Positions 19,029 through 32,852 of a stretch of 64,000 bases of DNA are shown piece after piece. Each line of letters starts with the position of its first letter. The stretch's first letter is position 1. Source of the DNA: Burkholderiaceae bacterium. GTDB taxonomy: Bacteria; Pseudomonadota; Gammaproteobacteria; Burkholderiales; Burkholderiaceae_C. A program made the position numbers and the translations under genes. The stretch lies in NCBI GenBank assembly GCA_040400875.1, contig JBBAPK010000004.1, positions 20,840 to 84,839 of the forward strand, given 5' to 3'. The notes under the pieces are model-generated. The model was given only the letters and a program-made list of their open reading frames with translations, had not been told where the DNA came from and ran no database searches.

Positions 19029-19891
19029 GCGGTTCGCCGCCGCGTGGGGGCAAGTTTCCGCTCAAGCTCGAGCAGATGTTGCGCCCACCCAAGAAATTGG
19101 TCAGCACGCCCGGAGAGCCTTCGGGCCAGGGCTCGAATGTTTCGCAAGGTCAATCTGCGCCGTCGTTAAACGCGGCAACACGCCGGTCGGCGCTCGCTGA
19201 GAAGGCGGCCGCGTCACGGCCCACGGGCCTTGGACTTGACTCTGAGGACGTGCGACGCCGCATGGTCGATCGCCTGCGTGCCGCGGGCCCCCACGACCCT
19301 CGCGTTCTCGAGGCGATGGGGGCCGTGCCCCGGCACCTTTTCGTGGATGGCGCGCTGGTCACACAGGCCTACGAAGACACCAGCTTGCCCATCGGCCATG
19401 GCCAGACGATCTCCAAGCCCTCTGTGGTCGCACGCATGATCGGCGTGCTGATGGACGGTGCGGCCGCGCGCGCTGCCGGGCATCTCTGCAGAGTGCTTGA
19501 GGTGGGTACGGGTTGCGGCTATCAGGCCGCCGTGCTGTGTCGGCTTTCGCGTCAGGTGGTGTCGGTCGAGCGCATCAAGGGCCTTCACGACAAGGCGCGG
19601 GAACTCGTCGCGCCTTTGCGCATGAACCAACTGCGGCTGGTCTACGGCGACGGGATGTTGGGCCACGCGCCCAATGCGCCCTATGACAGCATCATCGCGG
19701 CAGCCTGTGGTGCCGAAGTGCCCGATGCATGGCTTGCGCAGTTGGCGGTAGGTGGTCGCCTGATCTCGCCGGTGCTCGATGCGGCCAAGGGTCAGCGTTT
19801 GCTGGTCATTGACCGCCTCGACACTGGCGCATTCCAGCGCACCGAGTACGAGGCGGTGCAGTTCGTCCCCCTAAAATCAGGTTCGATTTGA
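19025..19891 (+). CDS. pcm: protein-L-isoaspartate O-methyltransferase with N-terminal extension
   Basis: SAM motif [15 protein letters not shown] and VPRHLFV are present. I chose the GTG at 19025 (GTGA overlap with the surE stop) because the KFPLKLEQ segment resembles the extended N-termini of Burkholderiales Pcm. Alternatives are 18992 and 19076. Confidence 0.88.
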   Translation: MSGSPPRGGKFPLKLEQMLRPPKKLVSTPGEPSGQGSNVSQGQSAPSLNAATRRSALAEKAAASRPTGLGLDSEDVRRRMVDRLRAAGPHDPRVLEAMGAVPRHLFVDGALVTQAYEDTSLPIGHGQTISKPSVVARMIGVLMDGAAARAAGHLCRVLEVGTGCGYQAAVLCRLSRQVVSVERIKGLHDKARELVAPLRMNQLRLVYGDGMLGHAPNAPYDSIIAAACGAEVPDAWLAQLAVGGRLISPVLDAAKGQRLLVIDRLDTGAFQRTEYEAVQFVPLKSGSI

Positions 19892-19908
19892 TTGAGGTGA
19901 CGGCTCGC

Positions 19909-20790
19909 ATGAGAACGAAGTTTGATGCCCGGCGTCGAGGGCTGGGTTGGCTCGGTGTGGTCGCTGCAGCCTTGGTGTTGCTGGGCTGCTCTTCGCCTCG
20001 TCAAAAAGCACCGGTCGAGGACCGTCGCTCGACTACCAAGTCGACCGCATCGCAGCCGGCTGACTTCAAGGCTGGCGCTCAGGCAGCACTTCCCGCCGGA
20101 TCGGAAAATGCGGGCAAGCCGGGCTACTACACCGTACGGCCCCAGGACACGCTGGTTCGAATCGCCCTTGACAACGGGCAGAACTGGAAAGATTTGGCGC
20201 GGTGGAATGCGCTCGAAAACCCCAACCTGATTGAGGTGGGTCAGGTCTTGAGAGTGGTTCCTCCAGGTGCTGATGCGTCGCAGCCGTCCACCCGGCCGGT
20301 GACGGCGGCCAGGGTTGAAACCAGACCGCTCGATTCAAAGGCCGCAGATTCATCGGCAAGCCAGCCCGCTGCCAGCGCCTCAGGTGCTGCTGCGCCGAGC
20401 GCGGCCACCGTGCAAGGCGATGAGGCCGTGGTGTGGATGTGGCCGGCCAGCGGCGCGGTCACTGCCGGTTTCGATGAAGCCAAGAGCAAGGGTCTGTCGA
20501 TTGCGGGCAAGGCCGGAGACCCCGTGGTGGCAGCCGCCGACGGACGGGTCGTCTATGCCGGATCAGGACTTCGGGGCTATGGCAATCTGGTGATCATCAA
20601 GCACAACAGCACCTACCTGACCGCTTACGCGCACAACCAGACCTTGCTGGTCAAAGAGGACCAAGTGGTCAGGCGTGGCCAGAAGATCGCCGAGATGGGA
20701 TCTACCGATGCCGAGTCGGTCAAGCTGCACTTCGAGATCCGCCGACAGGGCAAGCCCACAGACCCCGCAAAGTTGCTGCCACCGCGCTGA
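19909..20790 (+). CDS. nlpD: LysM + M23 peptidase-family lipoprotein (NlpD-like)
   Basis: ATG at 19909 with GAGGTGA upstream. Lipobox LVLLGCSS, a LysM domain (YTVRPQDTLVRIALDNG) and an M23 domain (GYGNLVIIKHNSTYLTAYAHN...LHFEIR) are present. It sits in the classic surE-pcm-nlpD order. Confidence 0.85.
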   Translation: MRTKFDARRRGLGWLGVVAAALVLLGCSSPRQKAPVEDRRSTTKSTASQPADFKAGAQAALPAGSENAGKPGYYTVRPQDTLVRIALDNGQNWKDLARWNALENPNLIEVGQVLRVVPPGADASQPSTRPVTAARVETRPLDSKAADSSASQPAASASGAAAPSAATVQGDEAVVWMWPASGAVTAGFDEAKSKGLSIAGKAGDPVVAAADGRVVYAGSGLRGYGNLVIIKHNSTYLTAYAHNQTLLVKEDQVVRRGQKIAEMGSTDAESVKLHFEIRRQGKPTDPAKLLPPR

Positions 20791-20808
20791 TCGGTCCTGC
20801 ATCAACAC

Positions 20809-22152
20809 ATGACACCGAATACCGAATGGCTGAGCGTCGAGTCACTCGACCTCGAAGGCCAGGGCGTGGCTCACAACGCCGAAGGCAAGGTTGTTTTCAT
20901 CGAGGGTGCATTGCCCGGCGAGCAGGCGCAAGTCAGCGTCTACCGTCGCAAGAACCAGTGGGAGCAGGCCACCATCACGGCCTTGCGCCGCGAGAGTTCG
21001 CAACGTGTCAGCCCACGCTGCCAGTATTTCGGCGTGTGCGGCGGCTGCAAGATGCAGCACTTTCACGCGGGCGCGCAAATCGCGACCAAGCAGCGAGCGC
21101 TTGAGGATGGTCTTTGGCATCTGTCCAAGGTCAAGCCAGACCAAGTGCTCAGGCCCATCGAAGGCCCCGCCTGGGGCTACCGCTACCGCGCACGCCTGTC
21201 GGTGCGCTACGTGGCCAAGAAAGGCAAGGTGCTGGTCGGGTTTCACGAGCGAAAGTCAAGCTATGTGGCCGACATGAACAGCTGCGAGGTGTTGCCGCCA
21301 AGGCTGAGCGCGTTGTTGCCTGAGTTGGCTGAATTGATCGGCAGCATGGAGCAGCGTGATCGACTGCCGCAAATCGAGGTGGCTGTCGGTGATGACACCG
21401 TGGCGCTGGTGCTTCGGCACCTTGAACCACTTGGCGAAGGCGATCTTCGACGGCTGAGCGCGTTTGCCACCGAGCACGCGGTGCAATGGTGGCTGCAGCC
21501 GAAGGGGCCGGCCACCGTGCACCCGCTTGATGCTCAGGCTTGCGAGCTGTCTTACAGGCTGCCCGAGTTCGGTATCACGATGCGCTTCAAGCCGACCGAC
21601 TTCACGCAGGTCAATCACCAGATCAACCGTACGCTGGTGGCCCGCGCGATCAGCCTGCTTGACCCTCAGCCAGACGAGCGCGTGATCGACTGGTTTTGCG
21701 GGCTGGGCAACTTCACGCTGCCCCTCGCCACGCGGGCCCGCGAGGTGCTGGGTGTCGAGGGCAGCGAAGCCCTTGTCGCGCGCTCACGTGAAAACGCCGA
21801 AGTCAACGGGCTTGCCGCCAGGGTCAGCTTCGCTGCGAGCAACCTATTCGAGATCGAAGCCGCTTCGCTGGCTGCATTGGGGACTGCCGAAAAATGGCTG
21901 GTGGATCCTCCGCGCGAGGGCGCTTTTGCGCTCGCCAAGGCGCTTGTCGAGCTCGCCGCAGACGGGTCGGCACAAGGGGCTTGCCGTATTCCCCATCGCA
22001 TCGTCTATGTGAGTTGCAACCCAGCCACCTTGGCACGAGATGCCGGCTTGCTGGTGCATCAGGCCGGCTACACCCTGTCGGCAGCAGGTGCCGTCAACAT
22101 GTTCCCGCACACGGCTCATGTGGAAAGCATCGCCGTGTTCGATCGACTCTGA
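20809..22152 (+). CDS. rlmD: 23S rRNA (uracil1939-C5)-methyltransferase RlmD
   Basis: TRAM domain, Fe-S cysteines ([14 protein letters not shown]), SAM fold ([14 protein letters not shown]) and the catalytic region [12 protein letters not shown]. Confidence 0.9.
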   Translation: MTPNTEWLSVESLDLEGQGVAHNAEGKVVFIEGALPGEQAQVSVYRRKNQWEQATITALRRESSQRVSPRCQYFGVCGGCKMQHFHAGAQIATKQRALEDGLWHLSKVKPDQVLRPIEGPAWGYRYRARLSVRYVAKKGKVLVGFHERKSSYVADMNSCEVLPPRLSALLPELAELIGSMEQRDRLPQIEVAVGDDTVALVLRHLEPLGEGDLRRLSAFATEHAVQWWLQPKGPATVHPLDAQACELSYRLPEFGITMRFKPTDFTQVNHQINRTLVARAISLLDPQPDERVIDWFCGLGNFTLPLATRAREVLGVEGSEALVARSRENAEVNGLAARVSFAASNLFEIEAASLAALGTAEKWLVDPPREGAFALAKALVELAADGSAQGACRIPHRIVYVSCNPATLARDAGLLVHQAGYTLSAAGAVNMFPHTAHVESIAVFDRL

Positions 22153-22173
22153 TCCTGAGGGCACGCACAAACG

Positions 22174-22203
22174 AAAACGGGGCCCGCAGGCCCCGTTTTT
22201 TTT
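22174..22203. terminator. bidirectional rho-independent terminator between rlmD and the BI-1 gene
   Basis: AAAA-CGGGGCC-CGCA-GGCCCCG-TTTTTTTT, a perfect 7-bp GC stem flanked by an A-run and a T-run between convergent genes. Confidence 0.7.
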
Positions 22204-22216
22204 CGACGGTTTCGAC

Positions 22217-22915
22217 TCAGTCGTCGCTACCGCCAGCCATTCCGAAGATGGCGAGCAGCGACTGGAACACGTTGTACACGCTCAGGTAGACGCTCAAGGT
22301 GGCGGTGATGTAGTTGGTCTCCTCGCCATCCTTGACTCGCTTCAGGTCGTAGAGGATGAATGCAGAGAAGATGCCGATGGCCAGCACCGACAGCGTGATC
22401 ATGAGCGCGCTGGACTGGATGAACACATTGGCAATACCAGCCACCAGCAACATGATCACGCCAATGAACAAGAATTTGCCCATCGAACTCAGGTCACGCT
22501 TGATGACCGATGACAGCGCTGCCATGCCGAGGAAAATCGCACCCGTTCCGGCGAACGACATCATGATCAGGCTGGCGCCGTTGGACATGCCCAGAACCAC
22601 ACCGACCATGCGCGACAGCATCAGGCCCATGAAGAAGGTGAAGCCCAGCAGCACAGGAACGCCCATCGCAGAGTTCTTCGTTTTCTCGATCGCGTACATG
22701 AAACCAAACGCGCCAGCCAGGAAAACAATCAGGCCCATCATGGGCGAAAGCGCGTTGGTCAGGCCGGTAGCCAAGCCAACCCAAGCGCCCAGAACCGTGG
22801 GCACCATCGACAGCGCCAACAGCCAGTAGGTGTTGCGCAAGACGCGATTGCGCTGCTCGGTTGATGTGACCGACCCAGAATATGTGTAGGGGGATGAACG
22901 AAGACCTTGACTCAT
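22217..22915 (-). CDS. Bax inhibitor-1/YccA family membrane protein
   Basis: ATG at 22915 with GGAGG 6 nt upstream. The 232 aa begin MSQGLRSSPYTYSG...QRNRVLRNTYWLLALSM, with 7 predicted TM helices. The tracked ORF extension to 23203 has no support. Confidence 0.9.
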   Translation of the reverse strand: MSQGLRSSPYTYSGSVTSTEQRNRVLRNTYWLLALSMVPTVLGAWVGLATGLTNALSPMMGLIVFLAGAFGFMYAIEKTKNSAMGVPVLLGFTFFMGLMLSRMVGVVLGMSNGASLIMMSFAGTGAIFLGMAALSSVIKRDLSSMGKFLFIGVIMLLVAGIANVFIQSSALMITLSVLAIGIFSAFILYDLKRVKDGEETNYITATLSVYLSVYNVFQSLLAIFGMAGGSDD

Positions 22916-23166
22916 GGAAACCTCCTGAAACAGCGGGATGACGGTTCGATACCGGGAATGTGAGTTTAGTTCCCTCGGGTTTCTTCGTCTGCCGCACCCC
23001 GGCAAGGCCAAAGCATTCAAGAGCCTTTGCGCGGCTTCGATGCGGCGGTCTCGACTTACAATCTCTACTCTAACCCGAACATCCCCCGCCCCCAGAGAAA
23101 CCCCTCCAGTTTCCCACCAGGATCCGATCTTGCAGCGCCGACTGCGGGGCAGAACTGGGTGCATCA

Positions 23167-24352
23167 ATGGAGTCTTCCTTGCTGCCCGTCTCGCCTCCCG
23201 CAATCCTCGTACTCGCAGACGGCTCCCGCTTCATCGGCACTTCCATCGGCTCACCGGGCCAGACCTGTGGGGAGGTGGTCTTCAACACCTCGTTGACCGG
23301 CTATCAGGAAATCCTGACCGACCCGAGCTATCGCCGTCAGATCGTCACGCTGACCTACCCGCACATCGGCAGCTATGGCGTCAATCCAGAAGATGTTGAG
23401 TCTGATCGGATTCATGCTGCTGGTTTGATCATCAAGGACCTTCCCCTGAGGGCCTCGAACTTCCGGATGACCGAAACGCTGTCGCAGTATCTGCAGCGTG
23501 AGCGCACCGTGGCGATTGCCGACATTGACACCCGACGGTTGACGCGTTTGTTGCGCAGCACAGGCGCGCAAAACGGCTGCATCCTCTCGTTGGGTTCTGA
23601 CGAGGTGATAGGCGAAGCGCATTTCGAGGCCGCCTTGAATGCTGTGCGCTCAGCGCCCAGCATGGCCGGTCTTGATCTGGCCAAGGTCGTCAGCAGCACC
23701 AGCAGCCACGTCTGGACCGAAACCGAATGGGCGCTTGGCGCAGGCCATGGCACGCAGGACGACCCGACCTGGCATGTGGTTGCCTACGACTTTGGCGTCA
23801 AACGCAACATCCTGCGCATGCTGGCCAGTCGTGGCTGCAAGGTCACGGTGGTGCCTGCGCAAACAACCGCGCACGAAGTTCTGGGGATGAGCCCGGACGG
23901 TGTTTTTCTGAGCAACGGCCCCGGAGACCCCCAGCCTTGCGACTACGCCATCGAGGCCACGCGCACGCTGATCGAAACTGGCATCCCGGTGTTCGGGATT
24001 TGCCTCGGTCATCAGATCCTCGCGCTGGCTTCGGGCGCCAAGACCTTCAAGATGAAGTTCGGGCACCACGGCGCCAACCATCCTGTCAAGGACCTTGATA
24101 CAGGCCGGGTGAGCATCACCAGCCAGAACCACGGATTTGCCGTAGATGAGACCACTTTGCCCCACAACTTGAGACCGACCCACGTGAGCTTGTTTGACGG
24201 CACCTTGCAGGGCTTGGCGCGCACCGACCGCCCGGCCTTTTGCTTTCAGGGCCACCCCGAAGCATCTCCGGGGCCGCAAGACATCGGCTACCTTTTCGAC
24301 CGGTTCATTGCGCTGATGCACACGGCCCGCGCCGCCTCGACCGGAGGTGCAA

Positions 24353-24360
<8 letters not shown>
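23167..24360 (+). CDS. carA: carbamoyl-phosphate synthase small (glutaminase) subunit
   Basis: 397 aa. [20 protein letters not shown] and the GATase triad context (GICLGHQ ... HGANHPV ... FQGHPE) are present. Confidence 0.95.
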
Positions 24361-27619
<3,259 letters not shown>

Positions 27620-27649
27620 ACTGGTTTGAGACTTGATTTTTGACATTTG

Positions 27650-27687
27650 GCCGCCGCTGAAGCTTTCTGCGGCGGCTTCATTTTTTC
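27650..27687 (+). terminator. rho-independent terminator after carB
   Basis: GCCGCCGC / GCGGCGGC 8-bp stem with an 11-nt loop, followed by TTCATTTTTT. Confidence 0.7.
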
Positions 27688-27701
27688 TCCGGGCGATCAC
27701 C

Positions 27702-28178
27702 ATGCAAACCATTCCATTGACCAAGCGCGGAGCTGAAAAGCTCAAGGACGAACTTCAGCGTTTGAAGACGTCGGAGCGCCATGCCGTGATCCAAGCCATT
27801 GCTGAGGCCCGCGCCCAAGGCGATTTGTCCGAGAACGCCGAATACGAGGCCGCCAAGGACAAGCAAGGCTTCGTCGAGGGACGCATCCTGGAAATTGAGG
27901 GGAAGCTTGCAGCCGCCAAAGTGATCGATCCGTCCACCCTGGATGCCGAGGGCCGCGTGGTGTTCGGCTCCACCGTCGACCTCGAGGACGAGTCCAGCGG
28001 CGTCATGGTCACCTATCAAATCGTGGGTGACGATGAGGCCGATCTCAAGCTGGGTCTGGTCTCCATCAGCTCGCCCATCGCACGCGCGCTGATCAGCAAG
28101 GAAGTCGGTGACATTGCCGAGGTGCACGCGCCCGGCGGCGTCAAGAGTTACGAGGTCATGGCCGTGCGCTATTGCTGA
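27702..28178 (+). CDS. greA: transcription elongation factor GreA
   Basis: 158 aa. [18 protein letters not shown]...[16 protein letters not shown] coiled-coil tip with a C-terminal FKBP-like domain. Confidence 0.95.
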   Translation: MQTIPLTKRGAEKLKDELQRLKTSERHAVIQAIAEARAQGDLSENAEYEAAKDKQGFVEGRILEIEGKLAAAKVIDPSTLDAEGRVVFGSTVDLEDESSGVMVTYQIVGDDEADLKLGLVSISSPIARALISKEVGDIAEVHAPGGVKSYEVMAVRYC

Positions 28179-28192
28179 TCGGCTGCCCGCTC

Positions 28193-28627
28193 ATGTTGCA
28201 TCGAATTGCCGCGTGCCTGGCCGGTTTATGGGCTGGAGTGTTGCTGGGCGTGGGCTTGATCGGAGCGCCCGCGGGCTTCGCCGTAGCCCCTTCGGAAATC
28301 GCCGGTCGAAGCGCCGGGAGGATGTTCGCCATCGAGGCTTACGCCAGCCTGGCTGTCGCGGTACTGCTGCTGCTTGCGCTTCGCAACGTCAGGAGCTCGC
28401 GCCCATCAGGGATTCCGATTGACGTCAACATGTTGCTGGTTTTCGGCAGCTTGTTTTGCACCATCGCCGGCTACTTCGTGCTGCAGCCCATGATTGCAGC
28501 GGCTAAAGCGGGCGAGGGCGCCTTGTCGTTCGCAGTCCTGCACGGGTTGGCCGCAGCCTTTTTTGCGGTTAAGGCGCTGTGTGTGGTGTGGCTCGCCTGG
28601 CGTTTGACCTCTGGCCCTAAGCCCTAA
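28193..28627 (+). CDS. DUF4149-like small membrane protein
   Basis: 144 aa with four hydrophobic helices. It sits directly after greA, as in other Burkholderiales by my recollection of synteny. Confidence 0.7.
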   Translation: MLHRIAACLAGLWAGVLLGVGLIGAPAGFAVAPSEIAGRSAGRMFAIEAYASLAVAVLLLLALRNVRSSRPSGIPIDVNMLLVFGSLFCTIAGYFVLQPMIAAAKAGEGALSFAVLHGLAAAFFAVKALCVVWLAWRLTSGPKP

Positions 28628-28676
28628 GGTATCGCGTCTGATTTTTCCTCGACTGCCCTTGGGTAAGTCAGGCAGT

Positions 28677-29150
28677 TCAGTCTGGCACCTTCCGTTTGAC
28701 ACTGACCACCCGCTTGCGGGCACGCTTGACCTCGCCGCCCGCGGCAAGACGTTCGTTGCCGAGAACCCTGATCTTCTTGACCTGAGGCCGGTGGTTACCA
28801 CTTTTCGAGAACTTCAGCAGCTTGACCACCTTGGGACCCGGCATGCGATCTTCGCGCTCTTGCTTTTCCTTGGGCGGAATCGGGCGCCACAGCACCAGCA
28901 ACTTGCCGATGTGCTGAATCGGTGCTGCGTTCAGTTCATCGGACAAAGATGCAAACATCGCTTCGCGCGAGACACGCTCGTCGCAAAAGACACGAATCTT
29001 GATCAGACCATGGGCGCTGAGTGCTGCGTCCGTTTCACGAACCACCGCAGGGGTCAGTCCGTCACCGCCTATCAGCACCACGGGATCCAGATGATGTGCG
29101 TCCGCACGTTTTTCTTTACGTTGATGGGAGGTGAGTTGAATTGCAGGCAT
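28677..29150 (-). CDS. yhbY: YhbY/CRM-domain RNA-binding protein with basic C-terminal extension
   Basis: The ATG at 29150 gives MPAIQLTSHQRKEKRADAHHLDPVVLIGGDGLTPAVVRETDAALSAHGLIKIRV. It is divergent from rlmE as in E. coli. About 60 extra Lys/Arg-rich residues lie at the C-terminus. Confidence 0.85.
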   Translation of the reverse strand: MPAIQLTSHQRKEKRADAHHLDPVVLIGGDGLTPAVVRETDAALSAHGLIKIRVFCDERVSREAMFASLSDELNAAPIQHIGKLLVLWRPIPPKEKQEREDRMPGPKVVKLLKFSKSGNHRPQVKKIRVLGNERLAAGGEVKRARKRVVSVKRKVPD

Positions 29151-29170
29151 CAACCTATTATCGGCTCAGC

Positions 29171-29863
29171 ATGAAGGTCAAATCCAAAAGCAAGAAGATC
29201 AACAAGGCTTGGCTGCTCGATCACCTGAACGACACCTACGTCAAGCTGGCGAAGAAAGAAGGGTTTCGAGCCCGCGCTGCGTACAAGTTGAAAGAAATCG
29301 ACAAGACGCTGGGCCTTTTCAAGCCTGGTCAAGTGGTTGTCGATCTGGGTGCTGCGCCAGGCGCCTGGAGCCAATACGTGCGGCGTCGTCTTTCAATGAA
29401 GGAGTCAAACGTGGCGGGCGCTGGCATGGCGCCGCTCAACGGCACCATCATCGCCCTCGATGTCCTCGATTTCGAGCCCATCGACGGTGTGGTTTTCATT
29501 CAGGGTGACTTCCGTGATGAAGAAGTGCTTCAGCGGCTAGAGCTGGCCATCACTGGGCGGTCTGTCGACGTGGTGGTCTCCGACCTGGCGCCCAATCTCT
29601 CAGGCATAGCCAGTTCGGATTCCGCCCGAGTGGAGCATCTGGTTGAACTCGCGGTCGAGTTCTCCACGCGACACCTGGTCGACAACGGAACCTTGGTATG
29701 CAAGGTTTTTCATGGTGGCAATTACAGCCAGCTCGTGGAACTTCTGAAAGCGAATTTCCGTTCGGTCAGGCCCATCAAGCCCAAAGCGTCAAGAGACAAG
29801 TCGTCAGAAACTTTTCTTGTCGCTGCGGGTCTCAAGTCGACAAGCAAGTCTGCCGACAGATGA
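29171..29863 (+). CDS. rlmE: 23S rRNA (uridine2552-2'-O)-methyltransferase RlmE/FtsJ
   Basis: WLLDHLNDTYVKLAKKEGFRARAAYKLKEID, VVDLGAAPGAWSQY, VVSDLAPNLSG. Confidence 0.95.
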   Translation: MKVKSKSKKINKAWLLDHLNDTYVKLAKKEGFRARAAYKLKEIDKTLGLFKPGQVVVDLGAAPGAWSQYVRRRLSMKESNVAGAGMAPLNGTIIALDVLDFEPIDGVVFIQGDFRDEEVLQRLELAITGRSVDVVVSDLAPNLSGIASSDSARVEHLVELAVEFSTRHLVDNGTLVCKVFHGGNYSQLVELLKANFRSVRPIKPKASRDKSSETFLVAAGLKSTSKSADR

Positions 29864-30013
29864 CCTGTTGTGATTGACCCTTCTGCAGGCGCTGTGGCTT
29901 TGCCGTCACGGCAGCTTTGGCGGGCTTGACTCGCATAAACTCGGTCCTATGTTGGAGTTGCGTGTGCTGTCTCTCTTCGCGCAATCTTGTACGCTTAAAA
30001 AATTGGAGCTGCG

Positions 30014-31915
30014 GTGAACAATCAATGGTTCTCAAAGGTGGCTGTTTGGCTCGTGATCGCCCTCGTGCTGTTCACGGTTTTCAAGCAATTTGATCGCAGC
30101 TCGTCATCGGGCGGCCAGATCGGGTATTCGGACTTTCTGGAAGAGGTCCGAAATAAGAGGGTCAAGGCCGTCACTTTGCAGGAAGGCCCCTCGGGCACCG
30201 AGATCATCGCCACTACCACCGACGACAAGCGCTTGCGCAGTACGGCCACTTACCTTGATCGTGGTTTGGTTGGCGACCTGATCAACAACGGCGTGAAGTT
30301 CGATGTGAAGCCGCGTGAAGAACCATCGCTGCTCATGAACATCCTGGTGTCTTGGGGCCCGATGCTTCTCCTGATCGGCGTGTGGATTTATTTCATGCGG
30401 CAGATGCAAGGCGGGGGCAAGGGAGGCGCTTTCAGCTTTGGAAAATCGAAGGCTCGCATGCTGGATGAGGCGAACAACACGACCACATTCGCCGACGTGG
30501 CAGGCTGTGACGAAGCCAAGGAAGAGGTCAAGGAACTGGTCGATTTCTTGAAGGATCCCCAGCGCTTTCAAAAACTCGGTGGCCGTATCCCTCGCGGTGT
30601 TTTGTTGGTGGGGCCTCCGGGGACTGGCAAGACGCTGCTGGCCAAGGCCATCGCGGGCGAGGCCAAGGTGCCTTTCTTCAGCATTTCAGGGTCTGACTTC
30701 GTCGAGATGTTTGTCGGCGTCGGTGCCGCCCGCGTGCGCGACATGTTTGAACAAGCCAAGAAGAGCGCCCCTTGCATCATCTTTGTGGATGAGATTGACG
30801 CCGTTGGACGCCACCGTGGAGCGGGCCTGGGTGGCGGAAACGATGAGCGTGAGCAGACACTGAACCAGATGCTGGTCGAGATGGACGGCTTCGAGACCAA
30901 TTTGGGCGTCATCGTGATGGCGGCGACCAATCGGCCTGACATCCTTGACCCGGCACTGTTGCGTCCGGGCCGCTTCGATCGTCAGGTCTATGTGACGTTG
31001 CCTGATGTGCGTGGACGCGAGCAGATTCTTAACGTGCACATGCGTAAGGTGCCCGTGGGGCAAGACATCCGTGCTGACATCCTCGCTCGTGGCACACCGG
31101 GATTTTCCGGCGCTGATCTCGCCAATCTGGTCAACGAAGCTGCCCTTTTCGCTGCGCGCCGGGCTGGTCGCGTCGTGGAAATGGTCGACTTCGAAAAGGC
31201 CAAGGACAAGATCATGATGGGCCCCGAGCGCAAGTCGATGATCATGCCCGAGGAGGAGCGTAAAAACACCGCTTATCACGAGTCCGGGCATACCTTGGTG
31301 GCCAAACTGATGCCTAAGACCGATCCCGTGCACAAGGTGACTGTCATCCCACGCGGTCGGGCTTTGGGTGTGACCATGCAACTGCCTGAAGGCGACCGTT
31401 ACAGCCTCGACAAGGAGCGGATGCTTTCAACCATATCCGTCCTGTTCGGAGGCCGCATCGCTGAAGAGGTGTTCATGCACCAGATGACCACGGGTGCCAG
31501 CAATGACTTCGAGCGGGCCACGCAAATCGCGCGGGACATGGTCACTCGCTACGGTATGTCCGATGAGTTGGGTCCAATGGTTTATGCCGAGAACGAGGGC
31601 GAGGTTTTTCTGGGCCGCTCCGTGACGAAACAAGTCAATGTGTCTGAGCAGACGATGCAAAAGGTCGACGGGGTCATCCGCCGCATCATCGATGAGCAGT
31701 ACGCCATTGCGCGCAAGCACATTGAAGAAAACCACGACAAGATGCATGCCTTGGCCAAGGCCCTGCTGGAGTGGGAAACCATCGACAGTGAGCAGATCGA
31801 TGACATCATGAAGGGCGACCCCCCTCGTGCACCGAAAGACTGGACATCGTCGTCGAGCAAGCCCAACGGCCCATCGGCTCCGGTGTCCACTGACGGAGCG
31901 CCCGCAGTCGCATGA
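30014..31915 (+). CDS. ftsH: ATP-dependent zinc metalloprotease FtsH
   Basis: GTG start after GGAG. Walker A GPPGTGKT, Walker [12 protein letters not shown] region and the zinc site HESGHTL are present. 633 aa. Confidence 0.97.
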   Translation: MNNQWFSKVAVWLVIALVLFTVFKQFDRSSSSGGQIGYSDFLEEVRNKRVKAVTLQEGPSGTEIIATTTDDKRLRSTATYLDRGLVGDLINNGVKFDVKPREEPSLLMNILVSWGPMLLLIGVWIYFMRQMQGGGKGGAFSFGKSKARMLDEANNTTTFADVAGCDEAKEEVKELVDFLKDPQRFQKLGGRIPRGVLLVGPPGTGKTLLAKAIAGEAKVPFFSISGSDFVEMFVGVGAARVRDMFEQAKKSAPCIIFVDEIDAVGRHRGAGLGGGNDEREQTLNQMLVEMDGFETNLGVIVMAATNRPDILDPALLRPGRFDRQVYVTLPDVRGREQILNVHMRKVPVGQDIRADILARGTPGFSGADLANLVNEAALFAARRAGRVVEMVDFEKAKDKIMMGPERKSMIMPEEERKNTAYHESGHTLVAKLMPKTDPVHKVTVIPRGRALGVTMQLPEGDRYSLDKERMLSTISVLFGGRIAEEVFMHQMTTGASNDFERATQIARDMVTRYGMSDELGPMVYAENEGEVFLGRSVTKQVNVSEQTMQKVDGVIRRIIDEQYAIARKHIEENHDKMHALAKALLEWETIDSEQIDDIMKGDPPRAPKDWTSSSSKPNGPSAPVSTDGAPAVA

Positions 31916-31991
31916 AGTGATCGGTGACGAATTTTCACGGGGCTTCGGCCCCGTTTTTAATTTGATCGGCAATCTGTCCACACGGCATCGC

Positions 31992-32849
31992 ATGTTCTGG
32001 CAGACGACAAATCACCGCATCGATCTGACGATGCCCAAGGTCATGGGTATCGTGAACGTCACGCCCGACTCGTTTTCGGATGGCGGATCGTTTGGAGGGC
32101 CCCGGTCGGCGATCGACCACTGCCGGCGCTTGATAGACGAAGGCGCAGACATTCTCGATATCGGAGGCGAATCCAGCCGCCCCGGTGCCGTGTCGATTTC
32201 CCTGCAGGAAGAACGATGTCGGGTGCTCCCGGTGCTCGAGGCTGCACTTGCCTGGGGGCATCCGGTTTCGCTGGACACGACCAAACCCGACCTCATGTCG
32301 GAAGCCCTTGCGATGGGTATCGACATCGTCAATGACATCAGCGCGTTTCGCTCGCCCGAAGCCTTGCGAGTTGCTGTCGGCCATCCGAACTGTGGCTTGT
32401 GCCTGATGCACATGAGAGGCAAGCCTGAAACGATGCAGTCCCTGACGGCATACAACGACGTGATGGCCGAGGTGGGTGCCGAGTTGTCTTTGCGGGCCAA
32501 AGCGTTGCTGTCAGAAGGGGTTCATTCAGAGCGCATCGTGATCGATCCGGGCATTGGCTTTGGGAAGACCGCTTCGCAAAACATCGACTTGCTGCGTCGC
32601 CAGCGAGAGCTTTTGTCTATGGGTTTCCCGCTGTTGACGGGTTGGTCCCGAAAATCGACGCTGGGCGTGGTCACGGGGCGCGACGTGCACGATCGTTTGG
32701 CCGCCAGTCTGGCGGCTGCCATGGTTTCAGTTCTCAACGGCGCCAGCATCGTGCGCGTTCATGATGTGGGCGCCACAGTCGATGCCCTGAAAGTCTTGTT
32801 GGCAACGGGTCTGCCTGTGTCTGCCCCAACCCCTTTTGAAGGTCATTGA
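31992..32849 (+). CDS. folP: dihydropteroate synthase
   Basis: The ATG at 31992 gives MFWQT...VMGIVNVTPDSFSDGG. DIGGESSRPGA and the C-terminal VRVHDV are present. The tracked ORF start at 31827 would overlap ftsH by 89 nt. Confidence 0.93.
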   Translation: MFWQTTNHRIDLTMPKVMGIVNVTPDSFSDGGSFGGPRSAIDHCRRLIDEGADILDIGGESSRPGAVSISLQEERCRVLPVLEAALAWGHPVSLDTTKPDLMSEALAMGIDIVNDISAFRSPEALRVAVGHPNCGLCLMHMRGKPETMQSLTAYNDVMAEVGAELSLRAKALLSEGVHSERIVIDPGIGFGKTASQNIDLLRRQRELLSMGFPLLTGWSRKSTLGVVTGRDVHDRLAASLAAAMVSVLNGASIVRVHDVGATVDALKVLLATGLPVSAPTPFEGH

Positions 32850-32852
32850 TTC

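Noticed and set aside
20791-20808. Absence of rpoS after surE-pcm-nlpD.
   Set aside because: The nlpD-rpoS linkage is a gammaproteobacterial feature. Having rlmD here is unremarkable for a betaproteobacterium.
22916-23203. A 96-codon N-terminal extension of the Bax-inhibitor ORF; similarly the extended tracked starts of folP (31827), efp (6895), rpsF (55112), greA (27633) and hupB (10876).
   Set aside because: The internal ATG or TTG starts align with family N-termini and have Shine-Dalgarno sequences. The extensions overlap neighbouring genes or promoters and show non-coding-like composition.
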